Below, piece by piece: positions 49,501-57,447 of a stretch of 61,002 nucleotides of DNA (position 1 is the stretch's first letter; each line of letters opens with the position of its first letter). The notes below the pieces were generated by a model. The model did not search any database. It worked only from the letters and a program-made list of their open reading frames with translations, and was not told the DNA's origin. Source of the DNA: a virus (taxonomy: Duplodnaviria > Caudoviricetes). The position numbers and the translations under genes were made by a program. The stretch spans positions 1 to 61,002 of the IMG/VR virus record IMGVR_UViG_3300011115_000173. One strand, written 5' to 3'.

Positions 49501-49629
49501 GGGGGCAGCGGTAGTGGCTTGAAATAAATCGGGAAACTTGACTCTAGCCTTTGCCATTGCCTCGTCGTAGGACATATCGTCAGCAACTTTAAGCGATGAG
49601 CCGTCCGGCAAAGGTAGGTATTTAGCCAT
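40564..49629 (-). CDS. Giant polyvalent internal virion/ejection protein
   Basis: 3021 aa; hydrophobic G/A-rich N-terminal segment, long coiled coils, zincin-like LLHEGTH...EFVAE; C-terminal PFFNAQIQG...RVPIPFELG...IDYLIRGYTGG resembling LPD38. Confidence 0.75.
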   Translation of the reverse strand: MAKYLPLPDGSSLKVADDMSYDEAMAKARVKFPDLFQATTAAPKEGLMADVMGAGSNLLNIGRTGIAALTGDATQAAQAGLTRQEELQKKYKSGFEPEKVFDKFNQGEYLGAAGEAIRQVPSAMASLVPSIGQEFGLAAAGRLGGGALGALAGPAGAVAGAQVGQYAVPFLVNAIQALGGQAQEKIQTQKEAGEKPDVSALELAPYAAVNAAFNLVGTKIAMPSVFKNAIGKKVAEETADAAAAAARKELIDEARKVAGRGTLETIARGTGGFALGELPTEILQDVVDRAAVGKPLADDDAFKSYRATALNMVLASPLGGGLGVHERMGARSTVATEDRQIAAKQAAEQAAADQAARNTPEYALKIADDYAAAEKAKADLIAQKRKITKDSPTATADKAFNAELNQQLQDLAPELSRLGAEYNRLAPAIKQIQVTQIPGYQAQLPGFEPAGTTAPPTAEPTTEAPVDYAQQVRQLQQLDEDQQVQLAQTSDPEELIKLLDRQDKTRAALADAIKAAAATPKSSADKLARITRHLKIAKKEGDSDQIRKYAQQLLELKAEGLTSRQQEIPLARFKNKSETTAQFNKRTYEPQGDLQEQQTSLLEQPYADYLSDQEMLDRMRQDGFTEQDIARMEKQAQMGKSATVSEQGLLFGQETNSGIQSGEKRAAPTASRAELQAEIQIARETGNKAAANRAQKQLDDLAPSEKGEDKFAGTTAQRQGDFARARQPVRVSQQQDAADARAQAYADMVSIVSKYNKGLAKADELETARAAVVDNLITDIEATRGVAVSEEEASVIRAQANQLLYDLVSRFGDTRNLSQKDKDLFLPAQNKDGSFSASPVEGRGFPTVESRAPGRQTFAKQYAASQSIKEGLNELKNKAVATNQTTVERKLSVAQDTEKTLRAELDRAFARGDIPANQREVLEAIADNLQMFNINPERRSMAAAYAARINARVAPSAELTSDIKAELATIERAKRSETQIETRERFFGGGTKVTTAQQQELFASDKELQGYIFDTPAAFDKWLASDALQQMRSSVGLGMPTISRLLQRLAPFQKRADAFRAQADALTTRIENLGAQYQALQTRKAADAVSLREMSSAERTARSAQLRLAQEMLSEAEANLKAVQDRMDAELTAYQQEFIQAETAFNFSVKTSEDITKAIAANTTEFQKGEMAAIRKVLDAKKELDFLLNKLKSDMFPGGADKTAGKNWASVLEDFSKDKKVVVAQQKIVDATRQWRASFALNQTQSRVVAFLDKDLNFQMQLQEEANQMDELVSRMLNAKLTLDLAFKQQQRKPANKAELRAAGQDMLAARDLVSKAETALADVTATEKALLAEMNRTNVNVAAKEDVANFVDIMKAATDLEKQLASEMRLASAERAFQLAEAARLTPKMPAQTRLGAPKNETKADREARDNAERNTEQTQIEALQALPAERVSFEKRRKLLDVVNAVPERVLELDAVIDGADEMIANTQARAERVQAEIAALDVQIAASAKKVFSKGKGFKNKLERQSEKIVLDRLREERAALVATLPRVETEVAQIKAEQVDAQGKKTKLLTRAAEIEQQFANDVQYNAEGEALPNPIFETINARIPKVQQNIAKNEDLLQNEKGQSAKLRESRERAVRKYKRELASLEARRDTKRGIERAPVAKGRIEAAPDEDVVGSERLPARKIGPVVRKIGVGQGKVLQAGQVRPITGLQAQRSANVVSLDALRKKVADAQETAKQAALAVGKAKAADSDAALQRSDAADNALYAAELELQTAIENSKTGPQRRKEAAAEQAALAAESAVEDVVNQSTAGKIPEEPSFARGVEVESPDLTPTQVMSLQENDIGAALQDMASDKGTSTLNRAVAQRLAILLDKTNSEIVPGLTDKNGKEVLGMATSRMVSLNQNGGLSQEVLLHEGTHAGTERVIQMYEIDPSMLSEMQRVAIRELKMLHAAAKADPRITSVNAKSSLSEFVAEVMSNRNLQEQLRKKPWKLSDAFAGFKSIIMRMLGVEKTDTMLGSAITAIDALFVPPSYRYIENGTVETPVAHVLAQKDIAALEDGSNSMREFAAQFGIEIKQKDRTPEDADRIGKARLEDMKANPLDYIAPAESEKLDYRAIMSDGKPYDADNPLHFVEADVAYPESKLIAPNRIGDVAPVQALVEAPEVPVYAPKAYGVKDEGKGRFSFTSRRTPGEFDATPEPSAVDKFFGNVLGLAGRMQLVDKFAAVSEAFKVGMSKGVLTDVEAGNAEYLLRFGEHRSQLATQFLTNGSVSLVTTKTDRGIEHTYQSTKGANAMQMAEALNKGGFASDSEAEGLLTIITSGERAKQVDWAKLNYSDPAAAKAKYERALAHLDANPKQKEAIKEAMAIYQKINAGQMDFLVQTGELTATKAAELKAITYVPYYRVNANGEVQLMIDKERPVRIGNIKDEPQLQQLVGDNKEIMPIFASMVQNTFMLTNLGLRNQSVKETAFMLRKIGIASRIANGPGPASPNTVRFKQNGVDMHVVIDTDMYGIPAKYIVEGMEGIKTTIPAVVKLLGMPADILRKFVTRAPPYAIRQTIRDPLNAWLTTGTDAIPVLSSFKELATMVAGRSETERTLMESGAVSSNVFTGDERDMSKVLREITSGKSGWSKLLAKADAFALQGDTATRATIYKDSIAKGMSHQQALLRSVESMNFSRRGLSPSIQMLSTMIPFFNAQIQGLDVLYRAFKGDMTHNEQLQIREKLFQRGMLLAIGTMAYAAAMQDDEAYKRAKPEERYSNWFVYVPGVSEPLRVPIPFELGYLFKSLPEAVYNLAAGDEKAGEVVKGMGKLLGQSNPFALPQAIKPLTEVVLGKSFFGGDIESEREKQTLAKDRYRENSTEVAKLLGSVTGAVGVSPIKIDYLIRGYTGGLGIALVQLANPLLNTETTAVEKPSTKPSKMPFIGGLFQPVEGRGTLDSAYDKMQEIQQVKGSYNKLVEEGKRAEAAAFVQEYSNQLALVSTSGSVQKALGEMAKQERAIRSAPKLTTAQKDAALERLDKMKVAYARQFLSLADRTTPR

Positions 49630-49712
49630 ATCAATCGAATTGTTAGACCGTTGTGTGTGCGACTCTCCGGTAGGTCAGTTCCGGGAAGACGTATTTTATT
49701 TTCGCACGATTA

Positions 49713-51359
49713 CTAATCTTCGTCTAGCGAGCGTACCGCACCACTTTCAGGGGCTTTGTTGAACCCTATTCCCGCCGCATAAGAAGACAGGAACGGGTTG
49801 TTTTGCAGCGCGGCACGTAAAGCGTTGTTGTAAAGCGCCGTCTTCTTATTTGGGTCTTGTTCCAGCGCGTAATTAGGGTTTTTGCTTAGATCGGCCATGA
49901 CTTTGGTTTGTAAAGTGATGTAGTCTTTGCGTACTTTGTCTTGCCCACCATATTGCTGCGCCAGCATTTTATTGCGTTCCATTCCCGGACCCGCCGCAAT
50001 TCGTGCTGCTTCCAATGTGGTCGCCAATTTTTTATCTAACTCGGCGGATGCAATTTTAGTAGCCACGGACGTACGGAAATCAGCGTCGCTCACGCCTGTT
50101 GCGGCTACCACTCCGGCACGAAGTTCGCGTTGTCCGTCCAGTACAGTTTTGCGCAAATCCTTTTCTTCGGCACGTATGGCGCTCTTGTTCATGGATTCTT
50201 GATTTTGGCGCAACTCTTCCATACGGTCACGCGCATCGTCCAGTTTTTCCTGTGCTGATTTGATTTTGTCAATACCTGCGGCGTACTGTTTAACGCCTAT
50301 GCCCGCGCCTTGTGCAATAGCAGCTAATCCGGGACCGCGTGCCTGCATCATTGCCAGACCCGCTTCAAGAAAAGCCAAGCCTGTATTGGTATCTTTGGAC
50401 TTCTCTATTTCGCCTTCGCGTTTGTTAATACGTCCTTCTTGGCCTTTGCGCATTACGGCCATATCAGCCGCTTGGTCTGCTTTAAGCGCTGCAATGCCTT
50501 CTTTTACGCCTTGCTCTGCTTTTTCGTTAATTGCTCTGGTATCTGCGGCGTAAGGGTCAACAACAGTCCCCCGTTTTTTCCGCATGCCTTCTAACTGTGC
50601 CAAGTAGTCTTGTGCTGTTTGGTCTGCTGGTGTTGCTGCAACGGGCGCACGAGGAGCTGACGCACGAGGGGCAGCAGGAGCAGGAGCCTGCGTGCCCGTT
50701 GAGCCTTGCCCCGGGTAGTTGCCTCGGTCCGCATTAGAACTTGCAACACCTGTAGAAACAGCAGGGGCAGGAGAGGTAACTGGAGGCGTGGAGGGTGCCG
50801 AGAATGAGGTATTACCAGTTGGCCCGCCAAAATATGGAGCCTGTGAGTTTGCTTGCTGGTATGCAGCTTCGGCCAGTTCGCGTTCTTGGCGTGCTTGTTC
50901 CATCGCGGCTTGTAGTCCTGCGTAGGATTCTGGTTGTTGCCGACGATATGCAAGACCGCCGCTTGGCCCCCGCAAAGTATCTTGAATGATTCGTTCTTTG
51001 GTTCTAGCCAAATCCAACTCTGCGCCTACATCTCCACGCACCAAAGACGGGCCTTCCCCTGCAAAAGCCACAATGCCACCCTCGGCCATACCCTGCATGT
51101 TGGGCGCTGGGAGTGCGCCGATACCTACATCCTCGGGCATGGGGGATGTCATCGCGGCAATGTCTTGGTCAACTACTTTTGGCGGTGGGGTCATGTCTTG
51201 TTGACCCTGTGCGCTTGTGCGTAATACTTTGCGGCGGTTGGACTCAGCCAGTGCCAGCGACACCGTGTACGGGTCGTTCTTGTGCATCTGCGCGTACTGC
51301 TGTAGCGCTTGGTCAGGCATCCGGGCCAGTTGCGACGTAATTTGATTGACGTTAATCAT
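49713..51359 (-). CDS. Internal virion/ejection protein
   Basis: 548 aa, Q/A-rich helical; MAEGGIVAF motif; hydrophobic LAFLEAGLAMM segment. Confidence 0.65.
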   Translation of the reverse strand: MINVNQITSQLARMPDQALQQYAQMHKNDPYTVSLALAESNRRKVLRTSAQGQQDMTPPPKVVDQDIAAMTSPMPEDVGIGALPAPNMQGMAEGGIVAFAGEGPSLVRGDVGAELDLARTKERIIQDTLRGPSGGLAYRRQQPESYAGLQAAMEQARQERELAEAAYQQANSQAPYFGGPTGNTSFSAPSTPPVTSPAPAVSTGVASSNADRGNYPGQGSTGTQAPAPAAPRASAPRAPVAATPADQTAQDYLAQLEGMRKKRGTVVDPYAADTRAINEKAEQGVKEGIAALKADQAADMAVMRKGQEGRINKREGEIEKSKDTNTGLAFLEAGLAMMQARGPGLAAIAQGAGIGVKQYAAGIDKIKSAQEKLDDARDRMEELRQNQESMNKSAIRAEEKDLRKTVLDGQRELRAGVVAATGVSDADFRTSVATKIASAELDKKLATTLEAARIAAGPGMERNKMLAQQYGGQDKVRKDYITLQTKVMADLSKNPNYALEQDPNKKTALYNNALRAALQNNPFLSSYAAGIGFNKAPESGAVRSLDED

Positions 51360-51368
51360 GGTTTACCC

Positions 51369-52409
51369 TTATGCCATCTTTGAGAGCGCCAACTCAGCCA
51401 GACCAGCAGGGCGTTGTTTCTTTGCTTTGACCTTGCCGCCTTTTGCCATGCTCCCAAGTTTTGACAGGCCGAGTGCTGCCGTACCCAAACCCGCTGCCGT
51501 AGCCAGCCCCGTTGGCGGTGCTGTGTACAGTGTTTGTGCCGTGCCCGATGGCGTGCCGCGCAAGAGGTTGGACTGGAACTCCAGTTGTTGATAGGGAGCA
51601 CGTTTCTGGTCGAGGAAGTCTTGGTACTGCTGGCTCAAGACCGTTTGGTCGCGTTGCTGTTGTGTAGTGCCCGTGAGTTGTTGCAGCTTATTGACATCCA
51701 TCCCTTGCTGGAAGCCTTGGTTCGCACCTGTGAGGGCGGTCTGCAAGCCCTGAAGCCCCAAGCCAGCGCCGTATTGTTTTGATTGTTCCCCGAGCTGCTG
51801 CTCTGTATTGAACTGAGTCTGTCCACGGGTGTATGCGTCCTGCAACCCACGAGCTTGAATGTCGCCTTGTTGTGTGGCTAAGTTCCGCGCTGCTTCTGCA
51901 TCGGTGATGGCTTGACGGCTACCGCCAAACGCCCCGGCCTTAACTGCTTGCGCTCCGCGCTGTGTGCCAGCAATATCGGCTTGACGCTGCGCTTCGCGTT
52001 GCTGTATGTTTACCACGTTCTGCATGTACGGGTCCATGTACTGCTGCGAAGTTTGCGCGTTGAACTGCCCCGGATTGTATGGGTCGTACGAGGTATTCAG
52101 CGCCTGTTGAGTGGCATCGCCCGTGGCAGCAGATGGCCCCATAGCCCCCGCTGCCTGAAACGCTTGCTGTTGCAAGGGGGTGAACTGCGCTGTGCGCTCT
52201 CCGGTGTAAGCTTGATACGGTGCCGAAGCCAACGCCGACCCTTTGCCCAGAACATCTTGCGCGTAGGGAATAGCCCAGTCTGGCAAGTCCTGCGTCTGCG
52301 TCATGCTTGTGGCGGCAGGGGCGGGAGCTGGAGCGGGGCTACCACCGTCCATTGGATACAGCCTGCGGTTGTCGCGGGAATACCCACTGTATTTAGTGCC
52401 AATAATCAT
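51369..52409 (-). CDS. Internal virion/DNA pilot-like protein
   Basis: Q-rich; YMDPYMQNVV, GAFGGSRQ; hydrophobic C-terminal segment then MAKGG. Confidence 0.65.
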   Translation of the reverse strand: MIIGTKYSGYSRDNRRLYPMDGGSPAPAPAPAATSMTQTQDLPDWAIPYAQDVLGKGSALASAPYQAYTGERTAQFTPLQQQAFQAAGAMGPSAATGDATQQALNTSYDPYNPGQFNAQTSQQYMDPYMQNVVNIQQREAQRQADIAGTQRGAQAVKAGAFGGSRQAITDAEAARNLATQQGDIQARGLQDAYTRGQTQFNTEQQLGEQSKQYGAGLGLQGLQTALTGANQGFQQGMDVNKLQQLTGTTQQQRDQTVLSQQYQDFLDQKRAPYQQLEFQSNLLRGTPSGTAQTLYTAPPTGLATAAGLGTAALGLSKLGSMAKGGKVKAKKQRPAGLAELALSKMA

Positions 52410-52813
52410 AGTTCAATCCTCATTACTTTGTGGGTATTAGTCATACCCATTTTCTCGTACATTGGCACTAAATTGTCTTGACACCAGCACTGTGCCTTGG
52501 TAGCTCCGTGTAGCCGCATCCACTGCATCGCGGACTCAAATACGTGCTTGCGAACAATACTCTTACCGCCCATCAGGTGCGCGTGGGCAATGCGGTGCAT
52601 GGGTAAATCTTGAAAGCTAATGGTAACCGCGCCTGTGATGCCTTCTTCTGGTTCTTCCCAAACCAACAAATAGTACGCTCCCGTGCGAATGCCGTACTCC
52701 ACTTGCTCAATGGTTATTGCACTGGGGTCAAGATCAATGGCTTTTTGCAGCAACGGCGCTGCCAGCGGCCAGATAGAAGGCATAAGGTTGGGCGATACGT
52801 GGTGCAGTGGCAT
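52406..52813 (-). CDS. GNAT-fold acetyltransferase-like protein
   Basis: 135 aa with alternating alpha/beta pattern ending MYEKMGM; sits among ejection genes. Confidence 0.55.
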   Translation of the reverse strand: MPLHHVSPNLMPSIWPLAAPLLQKAIDLDPSAITIEQVEYGIRTGAYYLLVWEEPEEGITGAVTISFQDLPMHRIAHAHLMGGKSIVRKHVFESAMQWMRLHGATKAQCWCQDNLVPMYEKMGMTNTHKVMRIEL

Positions 52814-52815
52814 GG

Positions 52816-54150
52816 TCAGGCGGGGAGGAGGTTGGCGGCTTTGCTGTTCGTTGCTACTTTGTCTTTGCCCATAGACTTCTTCCGGGCATTCTGGACGCGG
52901 GCTATCATTGCGTAGAGCTGTTTAGCGCCTGCTTCGGTTGAGCCATTGCCAAGTTCAGAGACAATCCGCGAGGGCACCACAAACTCACCATCGGCAAGGC
53001 GGGCAGGTTGTTTGCCTCCAATATCGGCAGGAATGCTGTCAGATACGCCATCACCGGGGCCGCGCAGCAACTGACCACCATCCGAGTAACCACCCAGCGT
53101 GCTGATACCGCCGCTGGCGTACGAGGAGTTCATAGGCATGTCGGATGTCATACCGCCCGCCGCTGCTGTGCGTGTAAACGTGGGGTTGAAGTATGTGCGC
53201 TGTCCAGACTCTGCTCCGGTGTATCCAGCCTGCGGATTAGCAACGCGCCCCGGATTGTAGGTGTATTCATAAGGGCGCAGTTTGTTCGCGGCAGGCAGAG
53301 CGCTTCCAGCGCTTGAATCCATGCTGCTCATCAATAAAGGAGCAGCGGCAGCACCGCCGTATTTAAGTAGGCCAGACAAACCGCCAACACCTGTTTCCTC
53401 TACGCCTTTTGACGCGGCTTTGCCTAAGAACTTATTGAAAAAGGACGGTTCTGGTGTGGGGGCTACAGCAACGGGGGCTGGGGGGGTTACGGGCGCTGTT
53501 ACCGTGGTTGGCACCATCGCCCCCGCTTGTGTAGGGGGAATTGCGTTTGCAAGTTGACCGCCAGCGGCGGGGTTGCCTACGTGCCCCATTGCATCGTAAA
53601 AAGAAGGTGAAGCCGAACTTGTAGCCACGCCGGGATACACGTTCATACCTGCATCTAAAGCGCTGGGTGCAAGGGTTTGCGCGGCCCCGATAGTTCCCGT
53701 TGGCATGACCCCCATACCCGCATCCAAAGCACTCATTCCCGCTCCGGCTCCAGCCCCCGCCGCACCAGCACCCATCACCCCGCCAGCCAGTCCGGCTCCG
53801 CCGTATGCGCCCAAGCCAGCCATCAGACCTTTGGAAAGACTGCCTGTAGCTAAACCTGTGACTGCGCCCGTACCCAACCCAATGAGGGCGGCGTTACTCA
53901 TACCCGCAATCAAAGGAGTTGCAGCGCCGCCAGTTGCAGCCATCAAACCAGCGCCCACCACCATCGGCAGGATGCTAGACAGGAAGCCCGCTTCGGGTAA
54001 ACCCGTATCTGGATTGATCGTGAGGGAGCCGCCATGTGCTTTGGCAAGCGCCTGCAAGCCCGCAACTTCTTGTGGGGCCATGTGCATTAACTGTGTGTCT
54101 GGCCCCCTGCCGCGAGAGGCGAGATGCTGTGCAGCAATTTGTAAGCTCAT
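52816..54150 (-). CDS. Internal virion protein with tape-measure-like C-terminal GPGDGxSD...GEFV module
   Basis: GRGPDT...INPDTGLPE; G/A-rich hydrophobic region; GPGDGVSDSIPA...LADGEFVV. Confidence 0.65.
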   Translation of the reverse strand: MSLQIAAQHLASRGRGPDTQLMHMAPQEVAGLQALAKAHGGSLTINPDTGLPEAGFLSSILPMVVGAGLMAATGGAATPLIAGMSNAALIGLGTGAVTGLATGSLSKGLMAGLGAYGGAGLAGGVMGAGAAGAGAGAGMSALDAGMGVMPTGTIGAAQTLAPSALDAGMNVYPGVATSSASPSFYDAMGHVGNPAAGGQLANAIPPTQAGAMVPTTVTAPVTPPAPVAVAPTPEPSFFNKFLGKAASKGVEETGVGGLSGLLKYGGAAAAPLLMSSMDSSAGSALPAANKLRPYEYTYNPGRVANPQAGYTGAESGQRTYFNPTFTRTAAAGGMTSDMPMNSSYASGGISTLGGYSDGGQLLRGPGDGVSDSIPADIGGKQPARLADGEFVVPSRIVSELGNGSTEAGAKQLYAMIARVQNARKKSMGKDKVATNSKAANLLPA

Positions 54151-54184
54151 AGTTGCCTCTGAAATGGGGGTTGAGTCGAGTTTA

Positions 54185-54496
54185 TCATGGGGCTACCTTT
54201 AGCACAAACGTAGTTGTGTCATAGTAAACGTCTCCGGTCTTGAGCTTGCCCGCCGCTTGGTCTACCTGTGTTGGAAGACTAATACGCAGAGTCCCGGCGG
54301 TAGTTCCCGGCTGGCTAAAGCTAAGCGCAGTGGTAATTTTACCAGCGACATCTTGTGTAGAGGCCAGTATGGAACCGGGGTTGTCCAGTTGATTGAAATA
54401 CAGGCGCAAATTACTGAGCAACGCCTCCATATACTGTTGGTCGTACTCAGGCGTAGGACTGGCTAAACGTGGAGCACGAATTAACGGATTGCTCAT
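54185..54496 (-). CDS. Small tail-associated protein
   Basis: 103 aa; LRLYFNQLD; ATGA-coupled to the endonuclease gene. Confidence 0.6.
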   Translation of the reverse strand: MSNPLIRAPRLASPTPEYDQQYMEALLSNLRLYFNQLDNPGSILASTQDVAGKITTALSFSQPGTTAGTLRISLPTQVDQAAGKLKTGDVYYDTTTFVLKVAP

Positions 54497-55122
54497 GCAA
54501 CTCCCCAGTGAATTCGTTCTAGCTCTTTACGTGCAGCGGCGGCTTCTTCCACAGTGTTGCAAGCCGAGGAATAAAACTTTTTTTTCTTTGCTGTAATTTC
54601 AGCGTACCACTTCTTATAGCGCATGTGTACTCCTGTGTGGCCGGACGTGCTATTTTCGCGGACACGGACGTTTCTTGCTTGTGTCGGCAACAAAGCCCAG
54701 CGGCAGTTTTCAGGGGAGTAGTGCCCGTAGGGGTCTATGCGATCAAGCGTTTCTGTGCCGGACGGCTCCCCCATATCGCGCTCAAATTGTAAGTAGTCAC
54801 CCCACTGAGGACACACTTTTATGCCAACGGCCCCATAGCGTTTATAGTCTTTGTCTAAAGGATTGTTGCACCGCCGCTGCATTCCCCGCCACGTATTGTA
54901 GGAAGATTTGTTCCAGCCACCGTGTTTGGTGATTTTTTCCCTCAAATAACAGCCGCATGAAACAGAGTTCCCTGTTACCAAATCACCGGAAGTACGCACG
55001 GCCACATTGCCGCAATCACAAACGCACCTCCATAAAACCTTTTTTAGCGCATTACGTCCCGCCTCTTCCGCCACCAAAAGACGACCAAAACGCTGTCCAG
55101 CGCGATCAATAAACTTTGGCAT
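54493..55122 (-). CDS. HNH-AP2 homing endonuclease
   Basis: GQRFGRL, WRCVCDCG, SCGC, MQRRC, LDRID..GHYSPENCRW, C-terminal AP2-like GV...WYAEI...EEAAAAR; AGGAGG RBS before ATG at 55122. Confidence 0.85.
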   Translation of the reverse strand: MPKFIDRAGQRFGRLLVAEEAGRNALKKVLWRCVCDCGNVAVRTSGDLVTGNSVSCGCYLREKITKHGGWNKSSYNTWRGMQRRCNNPLDKDYKRYGAVGIKVCPQWGDYLQFERDMGEPSGTETLDRIDPYGHYSPENCRWALLPTQARNVRVRENSTSGHTGVHMRYKKWYAEITAKKKKFYSSACNTVEEAAAARKELERIHWGVA

Positions 55123-55174
55123 AAGCCCTCCTAAAAGAGCTTTTATTATACACTGTAATCGGTTCATAAGTCAA
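55123..55174 (-). promoter_or_regulatory. Promoter and RBS-occluding hairpin of the endonuclease gene
   Basis: TTGACT-18-TATAAT; AAGCTCT/AGGGCTT stem overlaps AGGAGG. Confidence 0.55.
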
Positions 55175-57102
55175 CGTCTGCCGTCAGGCCGGAAGTCAAT
55201 GGACGGCACGCCAAGCTGCCACTGCACACCAAGCCCATCAGAGCTGACTTTAAACGCCATCTGCCTACCACGGACTCGCGTATAGACGATCTCCGTAAAC
55301 TGCTGCACTGCATAGTTCCGCTGCCCTTGATAGTTCTGCGTGCTGGCAACCGTAGGCGTATTTGCCGAGTTGTAATTAGCGCCCGGATTCTGTCGTGGAC
55401 GCATAGTGAAGGTCACCGACGGGTTATTGACGTACGAGCCGTCAAACGTAATATCTGGAACCATCCGCCAGACAAACCCGTAGTTGTGCCCGTCACCAAT
55501 ATTAAAGTCAGCAGACTGTATATACGAAGTAATGGCCGAAGGTGGGTTGGTCGTGCCGTCATCCACGCCAGTCTCGTGATACACAAGCTGGTTTCCATAG
55601 GTGGTTGCCATAGGCTGAGAACGCAGGGGACTGTCCATCCAAGCAGTACGGGCTAAAGTCCCGTAAGACCAGACTTTCTCTAAGTAGTTGTACACCACAT
55701 AGCTGTCAACTGTCGTTGAGCTAGCTGAGCAGTAGTACCACCAAATCTCGTTGTATCCCTCGTTCGTACCAGAAAAAACCTGAAACGACTGAGACAGATT
55801 AATATTGCCAAAAATATACTGACGAAGGGGGCAATATAGGGTTTCTACTTGCCCGGAATACAGGTAGAACTTGTCCACGCCCATCCAATAAACAGCGTTG
55901 CTAGCCGTAGACGCTGCATTTGGACTAATAATAGATATGTTGTCGGCAAGCAGTTGAAAACCCCACACGTACGGGGGGCCAAGATATTGCATGGAATAGA
56001 TCGTCGCGTCTGTCCACACCAGAATCTCCTGCCGGGTTTGCATAGCAGAAACAATCTGGGAACCGTGGCTGAGTGTATAGCTGCCTGCTTGATTAGTGAC
56101 AGCCGGGGTCCATTGCGTGTAGTCTTCTTGATCTGACCAGCGTATCAGCATCGGGCTTTGTACGGCGGAGCCGTAGTCATTTACACCAAAGCCAACTACA
56201 AAACGTGAGGCATCCGACACCATGACAAAATTACAAATGTCTGGGGTATCCCCAGCGGTAAGTAAAGTGCCCCGGTCAAAAATATTTGGGTTGGCGTTAA
56301 CTGTCCAGTAGTACAGTCCACCACCACGGGGGTTAAAGATCAAATCCTGCCCGTAATTAGACTGACTCCACAGGCGAAGTTGCGTGCCAAGTCCCAAACC
56401 CGAAGAAGCGGGCGAACCCCAGCCTATGCTTGTATATCCCGTGGTAATACCGCCCCAACCACCAGCACCCCAGCCCACGCTGTTCGTGTAAATATCAGAG
56501 CCGGTTGTAATTTGGTACGTACCCACAGTAGCACTACCACCATTGCCGACATCAGAAGCGTTTGCTGCAACGGTAGAGGTGACGGTGTAGACGTTATTGC
56601 TAATGACAGTCACTACTTGGTACTCTTTATTAAGCACAACCGCCGTAATTACTCCACCAAGCGTGACTGCGCCACTATACGTGACAAAGTCCCCCGCTCG
56701 CGCTCCGTGCGCGGCGTCCGTAACCGTCAAGGTGGTCGACCCGTTGGTAGCTGCAAAAGTTACATCACCAGCAGCGGTGGTAGTGCGGATAGGGGTTACA
56801 TCGTAGAAATAACCGCCACCGCTGTTCTGTATATAGAACTTCAGGTTTGTGCCAACGCCCAGCAAGTTGTAGTTAGACAACGTAATCCAGTTCCACAGAG
56901 AGCGGCAAACACCCCAGAACGAACCTGCAGGGGGTGTTAGCGTAGAAGTGGTTGTGCCCGTATCAGCAACCCAGCCGCCAATCTTCTCTGGATAGCCTGA
57001 ACGAAAACGAACTTTATCCATCTCAAAGTACGTGCCCTCATTAGCAAGCGTAGTTGATTCCCGATTTATACCGGGACGAAGTTGGAGTTTTTGTAAAGGC
57101 AC
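55171..57102 (-). CDS. Tail tubular B / nozzle-like beta-propeller protein
   Basis: 643 aa, beta-rich with IRWSDQED, VYWMG and EIWWYY; typical position upstream of ejection genes. Confidence 0.65.
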   Translation of the reverse strand: MPLQKLQLRPGINRESTTLANEGTYFEMDKVRFRSGYPEKIGGWVADTGTTTSTLTPPAGSFWGVCRSLWNWITLSNYNLLGVGTNLKFYIQNSGGGYFYDVTPIRTTTAAGDVTFAATNGSTTLTVTDAAHGARAGDFVTYSGAVTLGGVITAVVLNKEYQVVTVISNNVYTVTSTVAANASDVGNGGSATVGTYQITTGSDIYTNSVGWGAGGWGGITTGYTSIGWGSPASSGLGLGTQLRLWSQSNYGQDLIFNPRGGGLYYWTVNANPNIFDRGTLLTAGDTPDICNFVMVSDASRFVVGFGVNDYGSAVQSPMLIRWSDQEDYTQWTPAVTNQAGSYTLSHGSQIVSAMQTRQEILVWTDATIYSMQYLGPPYVWGFQLLADNISIISPNAASTASNAVYWMGVDKFYLYSGQVETLYCPLRQYIFGNINLSQSFQVFSGTNEGYNEIWWYYCSASSTTVDSYVVYNYLEKVWSYGTLARTAWMDSPLRSQPMATTYGNQLVYHETGVDDGTTNPPSAITSYIQSADFNIGDGHNYGFVWRMVPDITFDGSYVNNPSVTFTMRPRQNPGANYNSANTPTVASTQNYQGQRNYAVQQFTEIVYTRVRGRQMAFKVSSDGLGVQWQLGVPSIDFRPDGRR

Positions 57103-57105
57103 TTT

Positions 57106-57447
57106 TTACCCCACGTTACGCTCGAAATGAGGGCAATCTACGAGCGATTTAAAATTTCCACCCCAGCGGTTCTTGGAGTGCAAAGACTCCCAATAAGCGC
57201 CAAGTGGAGCAAGCGTTTCTTTGTTCCAGATTATCTGCCCATCTTTGAAGAAGTTCAAGTCAATAGCGCATCGTTTTAGGTGGATTGAATTTAAAGTCTT
57301 TGAGCGCCCTGTTTTGACGTAGATAGCCTGCTGTTCAGGGGTACGGGCAAGTTCACCCCCAGTGACCATGAATCCTTGCTCAGTAGCGTATTGAATCAGC
57401 TTGCAGGCATCCAGTAGGAATGCGGCTTGTTCTTGGGAAAGACTCAT
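57106..57447 (-). CDS. Endolysin, M15-family peptidase
   Basis: RTPEQQ, SIHLKRCAID, WGGNF...DCPHFE. Confidence 0.85.
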   Translation of the reverse strand: MSLSQEQAAFLLDACKLIQYATEQGFMVTGGELARTPEQQAIYVKTGRSKTLNSIHLKRCAIDLNFFKDGQIIWNKETLAPLGAYWESLHSKNRWGGNFKSLVDCPHFERNVG

